Source: an uncultured delta proteobacterium
GTDB taxonomy: Bacteria; Desulfobacterota; Binatia; UBA9968
Assembly (NCBI GenBank): GCA_963760795.1
Contig: CAVXEP010000001.1
Span: forward strand, 1 to 64,000
DNA: 64,000 nucleotides
Direction: 5' to 3'
The notes under the pieces were generated by a model that ran no database searches, was not told the origin of the DNA, and saw nothing but the letters and a program-made list of their open reading frames with translations. Positions 27,999 to 37,211 of the stretch are shown here, in pieces. Made by a program: the position numbers and the translations under genes. Numbering within the stretch: the first letter of the stretch is position 1; each line of letters begins with the position of its first letter.

Positions 27999-28982
27999 TT
28001 ATTTGCCCGCTATGCGTTTGAAGAAGCCTTCGCGTTCGAGTTCGTCGATGATGCTTTCGTCGAGGTAGCGGCTAATGGTCATGTCGACTTTGACACTGGG
28101 GTTGCGCTGGGCGGTGATTTCCAGAGTGTTGCGTAAGCCTTCGTGGGAGACCCGGGTGGGAAAGGCGAAGCTCTTGCCGAAGTATTGATAGGTTTCTTCG
28201 ATGGCTTTGGGGTTTTTGAAGCGAAGCCACTTGGTGAGCACGGCGACGGCTTTCTCCTTGCTGTTCATGAACTGGTAGACGCCTTCGGCGTAGGCCTGTT
28301 GAAAACGCTTGACGGCGTCGCGATTTTTTTCGACCCAGCTGCGGCGCGCGACCATGACGTTCATCGGAAACGACGAGCCTTTGACATCGCTCATCTTGGC
28401 GAATTCATGCATGCCGTGGCGGAATGCTTCGTTGATGTCAGGGTAGGAGAGCATGGTGCCGTCGATCGCTTTGGCGGTGAGCGAAATGATCCGCGAGGCC
28501 GAATCGCCGGCGGGGAAGATGGTCACCGCTTGGCGCGGGATGTTCCAGGCTCGCAGCGCCAGGAAGGTCGCCGTCTCGGTGGCGCCGCCGACGGCGAGGA
28601 CGCCGATCTTCTTGCCGACCAAGTCCTCCGCTTTACGGATCTCTTTCTGGGTGATGAAACTGTAGGGAAACGAATTGAGCGTGCCCGAGATCATCACCAG
28701 ATCGGCGCCTTGATTGATCGCATTGACCGCCGTGGCGGCGTCGACCTGGGCGAGCTGAATGCTGTTGCCTAATAAGGCCTGAAGCTGGCGCACCGAGCCG
28801 GAGAGAAAAACCAGATCGCCGTTGAAGCCATATTTGGTAAACAAGCCGAAGTCTTTCGGCGCCCAGACCGGCGCTTGAAAGCCGGCAAAGCCGGCGTAGG
28901 CTACCAGATGAGTTTCTTGGGCGCGCGCGGAAAACGGCAAGAGCAGGAAAATAAATAACCACGGCAACAGTTTGCTTGTCAT
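27999..28982 (-). CDS. ABC transporter substrate-binding protein, NMT1/SsuA-like
   Basis: Signal peptide ARA after MTSK, GLFTKYG, DLVGKKIGV, ELEREGFF; GGAG RBS. Confidence 0.85.
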   Translation of the reverse strand: MTSKLLPWLFIFLLLPFSARAQETHLVAYAGFAGFQAPVWAPKDFGLFTKYGFNGDLVFLSGSVRQLQALLGNSIQLAQVDAATAVNAINQGADLVMISGTLNSFPYSFITQKEIRKAEDLVGKKIGVLAVGGATETATFLALRAWNIPRQAVTIFPAGDSASRIISLTAKAIDGTMLSYPDINEAFRHGMHEFAKMSDVKGSSFPMNVMVARRSWVEKNRDAVKRFQQAYAEGVYQFMNSKEKAVAVLTKWLRFKNPKAIEETYQYFGKSFAFPTRVSHEGLRNTLEITAQRNPSVKVDMTISRYLDESIIDELEREGFFKRIAGK

Positions 28983-29005
28983 TTCTGGCTCCTTGCGAAA
29001 TAATT

Positions 29006-29749
29006 TTACGTCCAGCCGCGCGTCCAACGCTCGCCTTTCTTGATCTTGTCGGCGAAATAGTTCCACTCGGCCGAGTGATACATCTCGTCGCGCGGCCGGC
29101 GAAAAAGTTTTTCTCTGCTGCCGGTGAGAGTTTGAATCGACTCCTGGGTTGGCCCTTGATAGCCATGCAGGCCGGCGATAGCGACGATTTTCGCTGTGCG
29201 CTCCATATAAAGTGCGTTGATGCAGGCCTCGTCGATACTTTCGCCCACCGTCACGATGCCGTGGCCGTAAATCATCATGGCTGAAGCGTTCCCCAAAGTC
29301 TTAGCGAGTTCCGCGCCTTCGGATTCATCGAGAATGTAAATCGGCCGCGGAAAGATCGGCGTGCCGCCTTTGAAGCGCGAGGACTGCATGTGGACCCAGT
29401 CGATGGGTTTTCCCGCCAAGCTCAAGGCGATGCACATGGACGCGTGGCAATGGACCGCGGCGTTGACGTCGGGCCGCGCCTTGAAAATCTCGCTGTAGAT
29501 GACCGCTTCGCGCGGGATCGTGCCGACACCGCGCAGTTTCTTGAGAGAATAGTCAAAGTGAACTAACCAGTCCTTTTTCACTCCCTCGGCGCGGCGAAAC
29601 ATCTGCACAGCGATACCCTTGTCATCTGGCAGACGGACGCCCACATGGCCCCAAATGTCGCCTATCTCCCATTCCAATATCGTCGCGGCGATGCGCAATT
29701 CTTCTTCGGCGGTTTTGATCACGGCGCGAGTCGGTGTTTTCTGTTTCAT
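29006..29749 (-). CDS. Class II aldolase/adducin family protein
   Basis: WGHVGVR, EIFKARPDVNAAVHCHA (HxH), GHGIVTVG, LYMERTA. Confidence 0.85.
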   Translation of the reverse strand: MKQKTPTRAVIKTAEEELRIAATILEWEIGDIWGHVGVRLPDDKGIAVQMFRRAEGVKKDWLVHFDYSLKKLRGVGTIPREAVIYSEIFKARPDVNAAVHCHASMCIALSLAGKPIDWVHMQSSRFKGGTPIFPRPIYILDESEGAELAKTLGNASAMMIYGHGIVTVGESIDEACINALYMERTAKIVAIAGLHGYQGPTQESIQTLTGSREKLFRRPRDEMYHSAEWNYFADKIKKGERWTRGWT

Positions 29750-29781
29750 TGAATATTCCTAGCTGTCGATCGAGTTGGCAA

Positions 29782-31067
29782 TCACGACGCGGCTTTCTTG
29801 CGCGCGGCGTAGGACATCGGGTTTTCTTTTTGCGCCGTTTCGGTCAAAAACTCAAACTTCTTTTGCCAAGGCAGATGGCGCGGCACCAAATGGGCGAAGC
29901 AGTCGATATGCGGGAACCAGTTGCTGCGCGGGATCGCGCAGCAGATGAGGCGGCTCTTTGCCGGTCTGAAGCTCTTTGGCGGTGGTGAGCAGGAATCTGC
30001 GCACGGCGATGACCGCCTTGTCGCTGACGCCGAGATGTTCTTTGGTGCGGTCGAAAATCGCGCCCATGCTCTCGGTGGCGCAGCCATCGTGATTTAAGAA
30101 ATCGTCGATGCCGGTAAAGCTCGAGGTTTTCTGCTTGTGCCGGTCTTGCAAATAATTGTTTCGTGGCGTTGCGCACTTTCGTGTAATCCGGATTGATCTG
30201 TTTGCGCCGGTGCACTTCGTCGTCGCGCACCGCACGGCCGCGGTGAAAGCCGATATCGTAGCGCCAGCAGTGGGTATCGTCGGCCGGCACATAGGTGTGA
30301 ATCTCGTAACCTTCGAGCTCGTTGGTCTTGCGGCCGGCCGGGACGCAGCCGTAAACCGGCATGACGAAAGCCGAGAAGCGCACGTAGTGCTGGTCGTCGA
30401 AATTGCGCGTGGCGATCAAGCGCACGCCAAAGTCGGTGTCTTGGGTATCATAGACCGGCGCGGGATCGCCTTTGTAGACCGGCTGGTTGCTCTCGTTGGT
30501 AAAGTTGCGGTGTAGAAACGACAGATGCGATGAATCGCATTCGCCTTCCAGACCCTGGAGATAGTTGCATTCCAACAAACATTTGGTCACGTAGGAATTT
30601 TCCAGCGGCACCTGGGTCCATTCGTAATTCGGAAACAACGGCAGCTTTTCGCGCGGGCCGAGATAGGCGTAGATGACGCCGTTCGCTTCATGGGTCGGAT
30701 AAGCCGTGTGATGGAGTTTTTTGCCGAAGTCACTGCCGCCGGGCTCCGCCGGCGTGTCCAAGACGTTGCCGTCAACGTCGTACTTCCAGCCGTGATAAAT
30801 GCAGCGCAGGCCGCACTCTTCGTTCCTGCCGAAAAATAGCGAAGTGCCGCGATGGGCGCAGTGCTCGCCGATCAGGCCGATGCGGCCCTGGCTGTCGCGG
30901 AAGGCGACCAGCTCCTCGCCCATTAATTTTACCCGCACCGGCGGGCAGTCGTTTTGCGGAATCTCTTCGGACAACAGGGCGGGCACCCAATAGCGCCGGA
31001 TCAGATTGCCCATCGGCGTGCCGGGGTTGGTTTGGGTGATTAATTCATTATCCTCTCGCGATAGCAT
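29782..31067 (-). CDS. Rieske non-heme iron oxygenase alpha subunit (phthalate 4,5-dioxygenase/LigXa-like), two +1 frameshifts
   Basis: PGTPMG..RRYW, CAHR...CIYHGWKYD Rieske motif, EGECDSSHLSFLH; ESMGAIFDRTKEHLGVSD and the C-terminus lie in shifted frames (near 30160 and 29925). Confidence 0.85.
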
Positions 31068-31087
31068 TCTTAGCTCCTCGGGGATTC

Positions 31088-31171
31088 GTTCAAGGGTTCA
31101 AGGTTCAAAAGTTCAATCACTCGAATAGATTCCCGGTGTTCCAAGGGTTCCATTAGTTCCAATGGTTCAAA
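31088..31171. repeat. GTTCAA/GTTCCA periodic repeat array
   Basis: gttcaagg-gttcaag-gttcaaaa-gttcaa ... gttccaagg-gttccatta-gttccaatg-gttcaa. Confidence 0.7.
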
Positions 31172-31177
31172 TCGTGA

Positions 31178-32152
31178 TCATGTGTTGAGCGTGCCCGCGG
31201 CGAAGATGTCGGCAGAGGTCGGCGCTTTGCGAATCATGCCTTGCTCGACGTTATACTTGATAAAGGCGTCGATGGTCGTCTGGTTGGCTTTGATGCCGTG
31301 CTTCCACGGATCGCCCCATTTGGCCATTTGCTCTTTGAGTTGTTCGCGCAGGTAGACGACCGAAAAGCCGCCGCGGTCGCTCAAGATATCGTCGTAGGCC
31401 AAGGCCTTGGCCTTTTCAAAAGCGGCGTAGAATTTGGCTGCAAGCTCCGGGCGCTCGCGGTCGAGTTTGCGGCTCATGACGATCATATGTACCGGGGTGT
31501 AAATGCCGGTGTCGTTGTAGAGATCGAGATCTTCCTGGACGTAGTCGGGAAAAAGCCGCTTGATCTTTGGATTGGTTTCGAGATTTTCGAACATCTTGGT
31601 GTCGGATATGTCGGTGATCAACGCGTCGAGCTCGCCGGCGATGAGGCGCTGCGACATGTTTTGGCTTTCATCGACGTAGTCGATCTTCGCACTGGTATCG
31701 TAGACTGGAAACACTTCCTTGGCTTGGAGTACCCACTGGACATGGGAGAAGTCCACGCCATAACGTTCGCGCAACAGTCCTCTCGCCCAGACGGTCAGTG
31801 CGGTGCGATAGGTGCGCGAGCCGATGCGTTTGCCGGCAAGATCTTTGGGCGTTCGGATGGCGGCATCGGCGTGACAGAAAATCAGTTGAAAAGCCGGCTT
31901 GCGCTTTGAGAAAACCGGCAAGCCGACGATTTCCCAGCCCGCTTCGATGGCCGGCAGGAAATAGCCGATGTTCAAATCCATCAGGCCGAAGTCGCCGGCT
32001 TTGAGCTTGGGATCTTCTTTGTTGATCATCGACGAGGACTTGACCGGGTTGAGGGTGACACCGTCGATGGGTACGCGGCCTTCGAGCAACGGCAGGGTGA
32101 TGTCGTAGCGCATCACGGGAAAGTCGATTGTGATTGGTGACTGGCTTGTCAT
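31178..32152 (-). CDS. 4,5-dihydroxyphthalate decarboxylase-like protein (periplasmic-binding fold, no signal peptide)
   Basis: YDITLPLLEGRVPIDG, LPVF, DLAGKRIG, TALTVWARGLL, GIYTPVHM, GDPWKHGIKAN, EQGMI. Confidence 0.7.
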   Translation of the reverse strand: MTSQSPITIDFPVMRYDITLPLLEGRVPIDGVTLNPVKSSSMINKEDPKLKAGDFGLMDLNIGYFLPAIEAGWEIVGLPVFSKRKPAFQLIFCHADAAIRTPKDLAGKRIGSRTYRTALTVWARGLLRERYGVDFSHVQWVLQAKEVFPVYDTSAKIDYVDESQNMSQRLIAGELDALITDISDTKMFENLETNPKIKRLFPDYVQEDLDLYNDTGIYTPVHMIVMSRKLDRERPELAAKFYAAFEKAKALAYDDILSDRGGFSVVYLREQLKEQMAKWGDPWKHGIKANQTTIDAFIKYNVEQGMIRKAPTSADIFAAGTLNT

Positions 32153-32290
32153 GATTTTTTCATCCATGACGCGAAGCCGGTGGCCTGTCAAGGGCGCGTG
32201 AGTCCACTGCGCGCCTCGCCCTCCAGCTTCGTGCTTATCCTATCCTTCGTGGTGAAGAATTCTTTGCCATTGGGTTGCCGCTGTGCAGGG

Positions 32291-33439
32291 CTAGGCGCCG
32301 TGCCGTGGCGTGAGGGTTTCGAGCTTCGCTCTCAAGAGCTCCGGCTGGCCATGCTGCTTCGAGAACAACCGGTTTAGTTCCGTGGCATTGACTTCAGCCA
32401 AGGTGGGCGGATTCCAGCGCGGTTGTTGATCTTTGTCGATCAAGCGCGCGCGCACACCTTCGCGGAAGTCCGAGCGGGTGCAGAAATTGAGCGCCATGTC
32501 CCATTCGCGCAGGAAGACATCTTTCAATGGCAATCCTCGGCCGCCGGTGATCTGTTCGAAGATTGCCCATGCTGAGGTCGGCGAGCCGGCGCGGTAGCCG
32601 TGAATCGCGGCGCTCATCCATTCGTCGTCGCCCTGCCATCGGCGCATGGCGGCGTCGATGGCTACGATGTCCGGCTGCAGGGCTATTTCTTTGATGACGG
32701 AATGGCGCTTCATGACCTCGGATTGGTCTGGCTCGACAGCGTCCGCGAACTGCCGCAAATAGTCGCCCAATATTTCGCGGTCCTTTGCCATCTGCCGCGT
32801 CCATGGCAAATGAACTAGGCCGTCGAGAACTGCGCGCTTGTGCTCGGCGCGGATGAGCAGGTCGGCCATGCCGATGCTGACGGCGTCGGCGCCGTTGAAG
32901 CGAGCCGAGGTCAGACCCAAGAACATGCCCACTCCCTCCGGCATGCGATTCAAAAAATAACTGCCGCCGACATCGGGAAACAGGCCGATGGCGATCTCCG
33001 GCATCGCCATCTGGGTGCGCTCGGTGACGACGCGGCAAGTGGCGCCGTTCATGACGCCGATACCGCCGCCCATGGTGATACCGTCGGCCCAACAGAGCAG
33101 CGGTTTCGGGTAGCTGTGAATTAGATAATCGACGAAATACTCATGGGAGAAAAAATCGGCGCCGATTCGGATATCGGCACTGGCGTTCAGTTGCGTCACC
33201 AACGCCTTGACATCGCCGCCGGCGCAAAAGGCTTTTTCCGAATCTGCGTGCAGTACGACACAGACGATATCGGCGCGTTCGCGCCATTCCAGGAGTTTGC
33301 GCTCCAACTCCTGGAACATCTCCAACGTCAAGGCATTGAGCGCCCGTGGGTTGTTTGGCGATAGCAGGCCAATGGTGCCGGTTGCGGTTTGCTGCTCGGT
33401 GCTCGATACGGCGGCGGTCTGCGGGGCTTGCTCGGTCAT
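32291..33439 (-). CDS. Enoyl-CoA hydratase/isomerase family, 3-hydroxyisobutyryl-CoA hydrolase-like
   Basis: [51 protein letters not shown]. Confidence 0.88.
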   Translation of the reverse strand: MTEQAPQTAAVSSTEQQTATGTIGLLSPNNPRALNALTLEMFQELERKLLEWRERADIVCVVLHADSEKAFCAGGDVKALVTQLNASADIRIGADFFSHEYFVDYLIHSYPKPLLCWADGITMGGGIGVMNGATCRVVTERTQMAMPEIAIGLFPDVGGSYFLNRMPEGVGMFLGLTSARFNGADAVSIGMADLLIRAEHKRAVLDGLVHLPWTRQMAKDREILGDYLRQFADAVEPDQSEVMKRHSVIKEIALQPDIVAIDAAMRRWQGDDEWMSAAIHGYRAGSPTSAWAIFEQITGGRGLPLKDVFLREWDMALNFCTRSDFREGVRARLIDKDQQPRWNPPTLAEVNATELNRLFSKQHGQPELLRAKLETLTPRHGA

Positions 33440-33554
33440 GGCGGTCTACTCTCAAGTCAGCTGGAACAAAATTGTTTGACAATGGCCAGGGCTTCATCTT
33501 TTGTGTCCGGTCGGCGCCTGGGCGGTTTTGACACGGTATCTTAATTCGGTGGAA

Positions 33555-33567
33555 ATTCAACGACTTG
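33555..33567 (+). promoter_or_regulatory. IHF-like site
   Basis: ATTCAACGACTTG, one mismatch to WATCAANNNNTTR, about 30 nt upstream of a sigma54 motif. Confidence 0.4.
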
Positions 33568-33593
33568 CCTTAGCCACAAGCCGTTCAAGCGGC

Positions 33594-33609
33594 TGGCATA
33601 TTGATTGCT
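33594..33609 (+). promoter_or_regulatory. Sigma54 (-24/-12) promoter
   Basis: TGGCATATTGATTGCT: GG-N10-GC with TGGCA and TTGC cores. Confidence 0.65.
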
Positions 33610-33653
33610 GTACAGTGCAATCGAGCCGTAATTCTAGGACAGAGAGGGACAAC

Positions 33654-33890
33654 ATGGAAGCTATGGAAGCTGTGGAAGTATTGGAACCTGTCGTCACCAA
33701 CGAAGTCAGCGCAGTTTACGACATTCATTACGAAAACGCGACTTACCAGGCGGCGGTGTGCCACCGTTGCAACGCTAAGATGTTCCCGGCGGAACTGCTC
33801 GAAGCGCATATGGATCGCCACCAACTTAAAGATATGTTCCTCGAGAGCGAACTCAAGAAACTCCAGTACGCAATGAATCGAATGCGATAG
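33654..33890 (+). CDS. 78-aa protein with a classical C2H2 zinc-finger signature
   Basis: GAGGG RBS; CHRC-NAKMFPAELLEA-H-MDR-H equals C-x2-C-x12-H-x3-H; C-terminal amphipathic helix. Confidence 0.7.
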   Translation: MEAMEAVEVLEPVVTNEVSAVYDIHYENATYQAAVCHRCNAKMFPAELLEAHMDRHQLKDMFLESELKKLQYAMNRMR

Positions 33891-33902
33891 GCTGACGATT
33901 TC

Positions 33903-34007
33903 GCCGGCTCCGGCCGGCAACCTGTGTTCCCAGGCGCAGGCGTGGATTCCTCCTCGGTTCACGTTTGCGGTATCATCCCCAGGGTGTCCCCAATAGGGGG
34001 ACACCCT
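33903..34007 (+). ncRNA. Candidate 3'UTR structured RNA with an anti-SD loop
   Basis: Consecutive hairpins; 33936-33968 is a 13-bp stem (with G-U pairs) around loop CCTCCTC; 33981-34007 is an 11-bp perfect stem. Confidence 0.4.
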
Positions 34008-34167
34008 TCCCCCTAAAAAATCTCCCACATCTCAAGTTCGTTGCAATTGCGCCACTGCGTTGACTGATGCGCCGTTGGTTCGTTGATGCGTGTGCCGGCG
34101 TCTGTGGCCAGGCAAATTGACTTCAAAGTTTCGCCTTGTTAACCAATGATGTCCTGGGAGAATAGAA

Positions 34168-35205
34168 TTGAAAGCCGTTCGCATGCATGGTTACGGCGGC
34201 ACGGAGCAACTGTTTTACGAAAGCTGCGAGCCGCCGAAGCTAACCGAACCCAACGAAGTCATCGTTAAGCTCAAGGCCGCTGCGCTCAATCACATCGATA
34301 TCTGGAATCGTATGGGCGCGACGGGGATCGATATCGCGATGCCGCATATTCTCGGCGCCGATGGCGCCGGCGTCGTCGCCGAGACCGGCGCCAAAGTTGA
34401 AAACGTCAAGGTGGGCGACGCTGTCTGTCTCTATCCGGCCACCGGCTGCGGCCAGTGTGAGTTTTGCCGCACCGAGCGGGATTTTATGTGTATCCGGTTG
34501 CGCGTGCTCGGCGAGCGCTTCGAAGGCACCTACGCCCAGTATGTGAAGCTGCCGGGGCAAAACTGTTTTCCGATCCCCAACAGTTATTCATTCCATGAAG
34601 CCGCGGCGTTTCCGCTGGTGTTCATCACGTTGTGGCGCATGGCGATTACCAACGCGGCGCTTCAACCGGGCGAGACCATGCTGATTATCGGCATCGGCGG
34701 TGGAGTGGCGAGCGCAACTCTGCAAGTGGCCAAACAGATCGGCGCCCGGGTGATCGTCACCTCGGGCAGCGATGCCAAGCTCGAGCGCGCCAAGAGTCTC
34801 GGCGCCGATCACGGCGTCAATCATCACCGAGAGAACTTCGCCACGGCGGTGCAATCGCTAACCGATCGGCGCGGCGTCGATGTCGTGCTCGATTGCGTCG
34901 GCGGTGAAGTGTGGCGGCAGAGTCTGGCCTCGCTGGCGCGCGGCGGCAGGTTGGTCACCTGCGGCGCCACGGCGGGCGGCCAGCCGCAAGATGACATCGC
35001 GGCGATCGTTGCCAAGCAGTTGAAGATTTACGGCTCGACACTGGGCAGCCGCCGGGAATTTTATCAACTCATCAGTTTTCTCAATGCGACTAAGATCAAA
35101 CCGATAGTCGACAGCGTATTCCCGCTCCGTGAGGCGGCCAGCGCGCAACGCTATCTCGAAGCGGCGAAGCAGTTCGGTAAGGTGGTGTTGGAGATGCCGG
35201 ACTGA
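34168..35205 (+). CDS. Zinc-binding MDR dehydrogenase/quinone oxidoreductase
   Basis: AALNHID, PHILGADGAG, CGQCEFC..C, GIGGGVA, RGVDVV, FGKVVL. Confidence 0.88.
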   Translation: MKAVRMHGYGGTEQLFYESCEPPKLTEPNEVIVKLKAAALNHIDIWNRMGATGIDIAMPHILGADGAGVVAETGAKVENVKVGDAVCLYPATGCGQCEFCRTERDFMCIRLRVLGERFEGTYAQYVKLPGQNCFPIPNSYSFHEAAAFPLVFITLWRMAITNAALQPGETMLIIGIGGGVASATLQVAKQIGARVIVTSGSDAKLERAKSLGADHGVNHHRENFATAVQSLTDRRGVDVVLDCVGGEVWRQSLASLARGGRLVTCGATAGGQPQDDIAAIVAKQLKIYGSTLGSRREFYQLISFLNATKIKPIVDSVFPLREAASAQRYLEAAKQFGKVVLEMPD

Positions 35206-35286
35206 TAATTGGCGCGGCGCGGCGTATCGATTGGTCCCCTGCTTCTAATCGATTGACGGCGCCGTGGATCGGCGCCGATCCCCATT

Positions 35287-35598
35287 TCAATCAGTCTCGC
35301 CGTCAAAGCGGTTGCGGAAGCGCCGGTAGTCCTCGCGCTGGCGCAGGACCTCCGCTTTTCCCAAAGGGTCATAATTACACGGTCCATAGAAGTCGATGAT
35401 ATCGCCCTCGCTTGGGTCCTTGAGCTGGGGACGGTCAAAATGAAGGGTATTTTCACGGATCGCCGGGAACTTGAGATGGCAAGATTGTCCCGAAGCATCG
35501 GGGCTCCGCGAGATGACGCCGTCGGCTGCCCAGAGCACCGAACTGGATAGCAGCATTGTGCCAGCGAGAAATTGGATGGATCGAATTCGACTGTTCAT
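35287..35598 (-). CDS. Small secreted protein with two Cys, unknown function
   Basis: AGGAG RBS; signal peptide ending LWA; CHLKFPAIRE...DIIDFYGPCNYDPLG. Confidence 0.65.
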   Translation of the reverse strand: MNSRIRSIQFLAGTMLLSSSVLWAADGVISRSPDASGQSCHLKFPAIRENTLHFDRPQLKDPSEGDIIDFYGPCNYDPLGKAEVLRQREDYRRFRNRFDGETD

Positions 35599-35694
35599 AA
35601 ACCGCTCCTTTCAGACAGCGGGACGTTTGACGACGATGTCAAATATCCTACATCAGGATTCGCCCAGGTGATAGAGCCCCCGGTGCGCTTACGA

Positions 35695-36657
35695 TCAGCG
35701 CGCAAACAAGCCGCGGCGCTTGAGCGCTTCGGCGCAAGCTTCGAGAGTGCGTAGTTGGTCGTTGGCGGCGAAGCGCAAGACCACAGTGCGGGCGCCGGCC
35801 TCGACATATTTCTCGGTCCAATCGATCACTTCATCCCAGGAGCCGGTGACGCAAAGCATGGCATTGGCCACCGCTTCATAGGACCGATTATAATATAGCG
35901 CCAAGAACTGTTGCCCCTCGACCACCGCGTCTTTGCCGCCTGCCGCCAGGGTGAAATAAATTGCCGGATGGATCGACTCGGGATTGCGCCCGGCGGCGCC
36001 GGCGTACTCTTGAATCTTTCGCCAACACTCGCCGAATAGTTCGGGGCTTTTGATGTTGTTGAGCCAGCCGTCGGCGAGCCGGGCGACGCGCTTCAGGCCG
36101 GGCTCGACGGCGTTCGACGCCAGCCAGATCGGCACGCCGCCAGCCTGAGTCGGCTTGGGTTCGAGGGTCACGTGATCGAAGCGGCTGAACTTGCCGGCAT
36201 GGGTTACGTCGTTTTCGCGCCAGAGCCGGCGCATGACTTGGACTAGCTCTTCGCTCATCTTCATGCGCGCGCTGGGATCGAGGCCGAGGATTTCAAATTC
36301 ATGCTCCGCCGCGGGTTCCTTGGGCCGGCCGTAACCGACGCCGAGATCGACGCGCCCGCCAGTCATCCAGTCGAGGCTGGCGAGCTGGTAAGCGAGCAGG
36401 ATCGGATTGCGCAGCGCGGCGAGAAATATCGCCGTACCTAAACGAACCTGCTGCGTGCGCGCGCCGATGGCGGCCAAGGTGGTCAGCGCATCGATGCGCG
36501 GCCGCGCCGTCAAACTATCGCCGACCCACACCGAGTGAAAGCCCAATGCCTCGGCGCGCTCGGCAATTTGAAACAGAGCCGACGGATCCGCGCGTCCAGC
36601 CATGATCGCTTCGCGGGTGGGTAATAACACGCCGAAGTTGATTTTTGCGTTCTGCAT
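35695..36657 (-). CDS. LLM class (luciferase-like) flavin-dependent oxidoreductase
   Basis: FGVLLP, AEALGFHSVWVGD, VRLGT, GRVDLGVG, PKP, PIWL, ARLADGW. Confidence 0.88.
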   Translation of the reverse strand: MQNAKINFGVLLPTREAIMAGRADPSALFQIAERAEALGFHSVWVGDSLTARPRIDALTTLAAIGARTQQVRLGTAIFLAALRNPILLAYQLASLDWMTGGRVDLGVGYGRPKEPAAEHEFEILGLDPSARMKMSEELVQVMRRLWRENDVTHAGKFSRFDHVTLEPKPTQAGGVPIWLASNAVEPGLKRVARLADGWLNNIKSPELFGECWRKIQEYAGAAGRNPESIHPAIYFTLAAGGKDAVVEGQQFLALYYNRSYEAVANAMLCVTGSWDEVIDWTEKYVEAGARTVVLRFAANDQLRTLEACAEALKRRGLFAR

Positions 36658-36696
36658 TGGATCGCTCTCTGTATTTTCCTTTAAGTATATTGAACT

Positions 36697-36760
36697 CGTA
36701 AAGGGTGAAGGAAGGCGTCGGGATCGGAAACGCCTAACCCTTTGCCCCTCACGCCTTACG
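36697..36760. repeat. Periodic palindromic element, 7-nt unit (GGGTRAR / YYYACGCC-like)
   Basis: cgtaaag-ggtgaag ... acgccta-acccttt-gcccctc-acgcctt-acg; overlaps the MaoC stop codon; similar to 59281. Confidence 0.55.
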
Positions 36761-37211
36761 AGTTCTCCGCGCCGCGGATCAATCGCGCGACATCGTACTC
36801 CATGATCGTTTCGCCGCGCTGATTCTTGACCCACTGGCGGTAGCGGACGATGCCGCCGCCGCGGGCCGGGACGGGCTTAGTATCCAACACTTCGATTTCC
36901 ACCTGGATCGTGTCGTTGACTTTGACCGGGCTGAACAGTCGCATCTTGTCGAGACCGGCGAAGGCCATGCCGGTGCCGTGAATTAGACCTGTCTGCACGG
37001 TGAGCCCTTCGGCCATGCCGAAGGTGAGACTGCCCGGCGCGATGCGCTCGCCGAAGAGACTTTCCTTGCGAATGTATTCCATGTCCAAAAACAGCGGCTC
37101 GGTGAGGCCGACCAAGTTCACAAAGGTCAGGATGTCGTGCTCGGTAATCGTCCGCCGGCCGGTGCTGTAGCGGTCGCCGGCATGAAACTCTTCAAAGGTT
37201 TTGCCGTTCAT
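36756..37211 (-). CDS. MaoC/PaaZ-type hotdog-fold dehydratase
   Basis: FEEFHAG, RRTITEHD, FGERIAPG, PVKVNDTI, NQRGE. Confidence 0.85.
   Translation of the reverse strand: MNGKTFEEFHAGDRYSTGRRTITEHDILTFVNLVGLTEPLFLDMEYIRKESLFGERIAPGSLTFGMAEGLTVQTGLIHGTGMAFAGLDKMRLFSPVKVNDTIQVEIEVLDTKPVPARGGGIVRYRQWVKNQRGETIMEYDVARLIRGAENS

Noticed and set aside
25822-30292. Programmed ribosomal frameshifting in the split amidohydrolase and Rieske genes
   Set aside because: There are no slippery heptamers or stimulatory signals, and two shifts per gene in unrelated families point to sequencing error.
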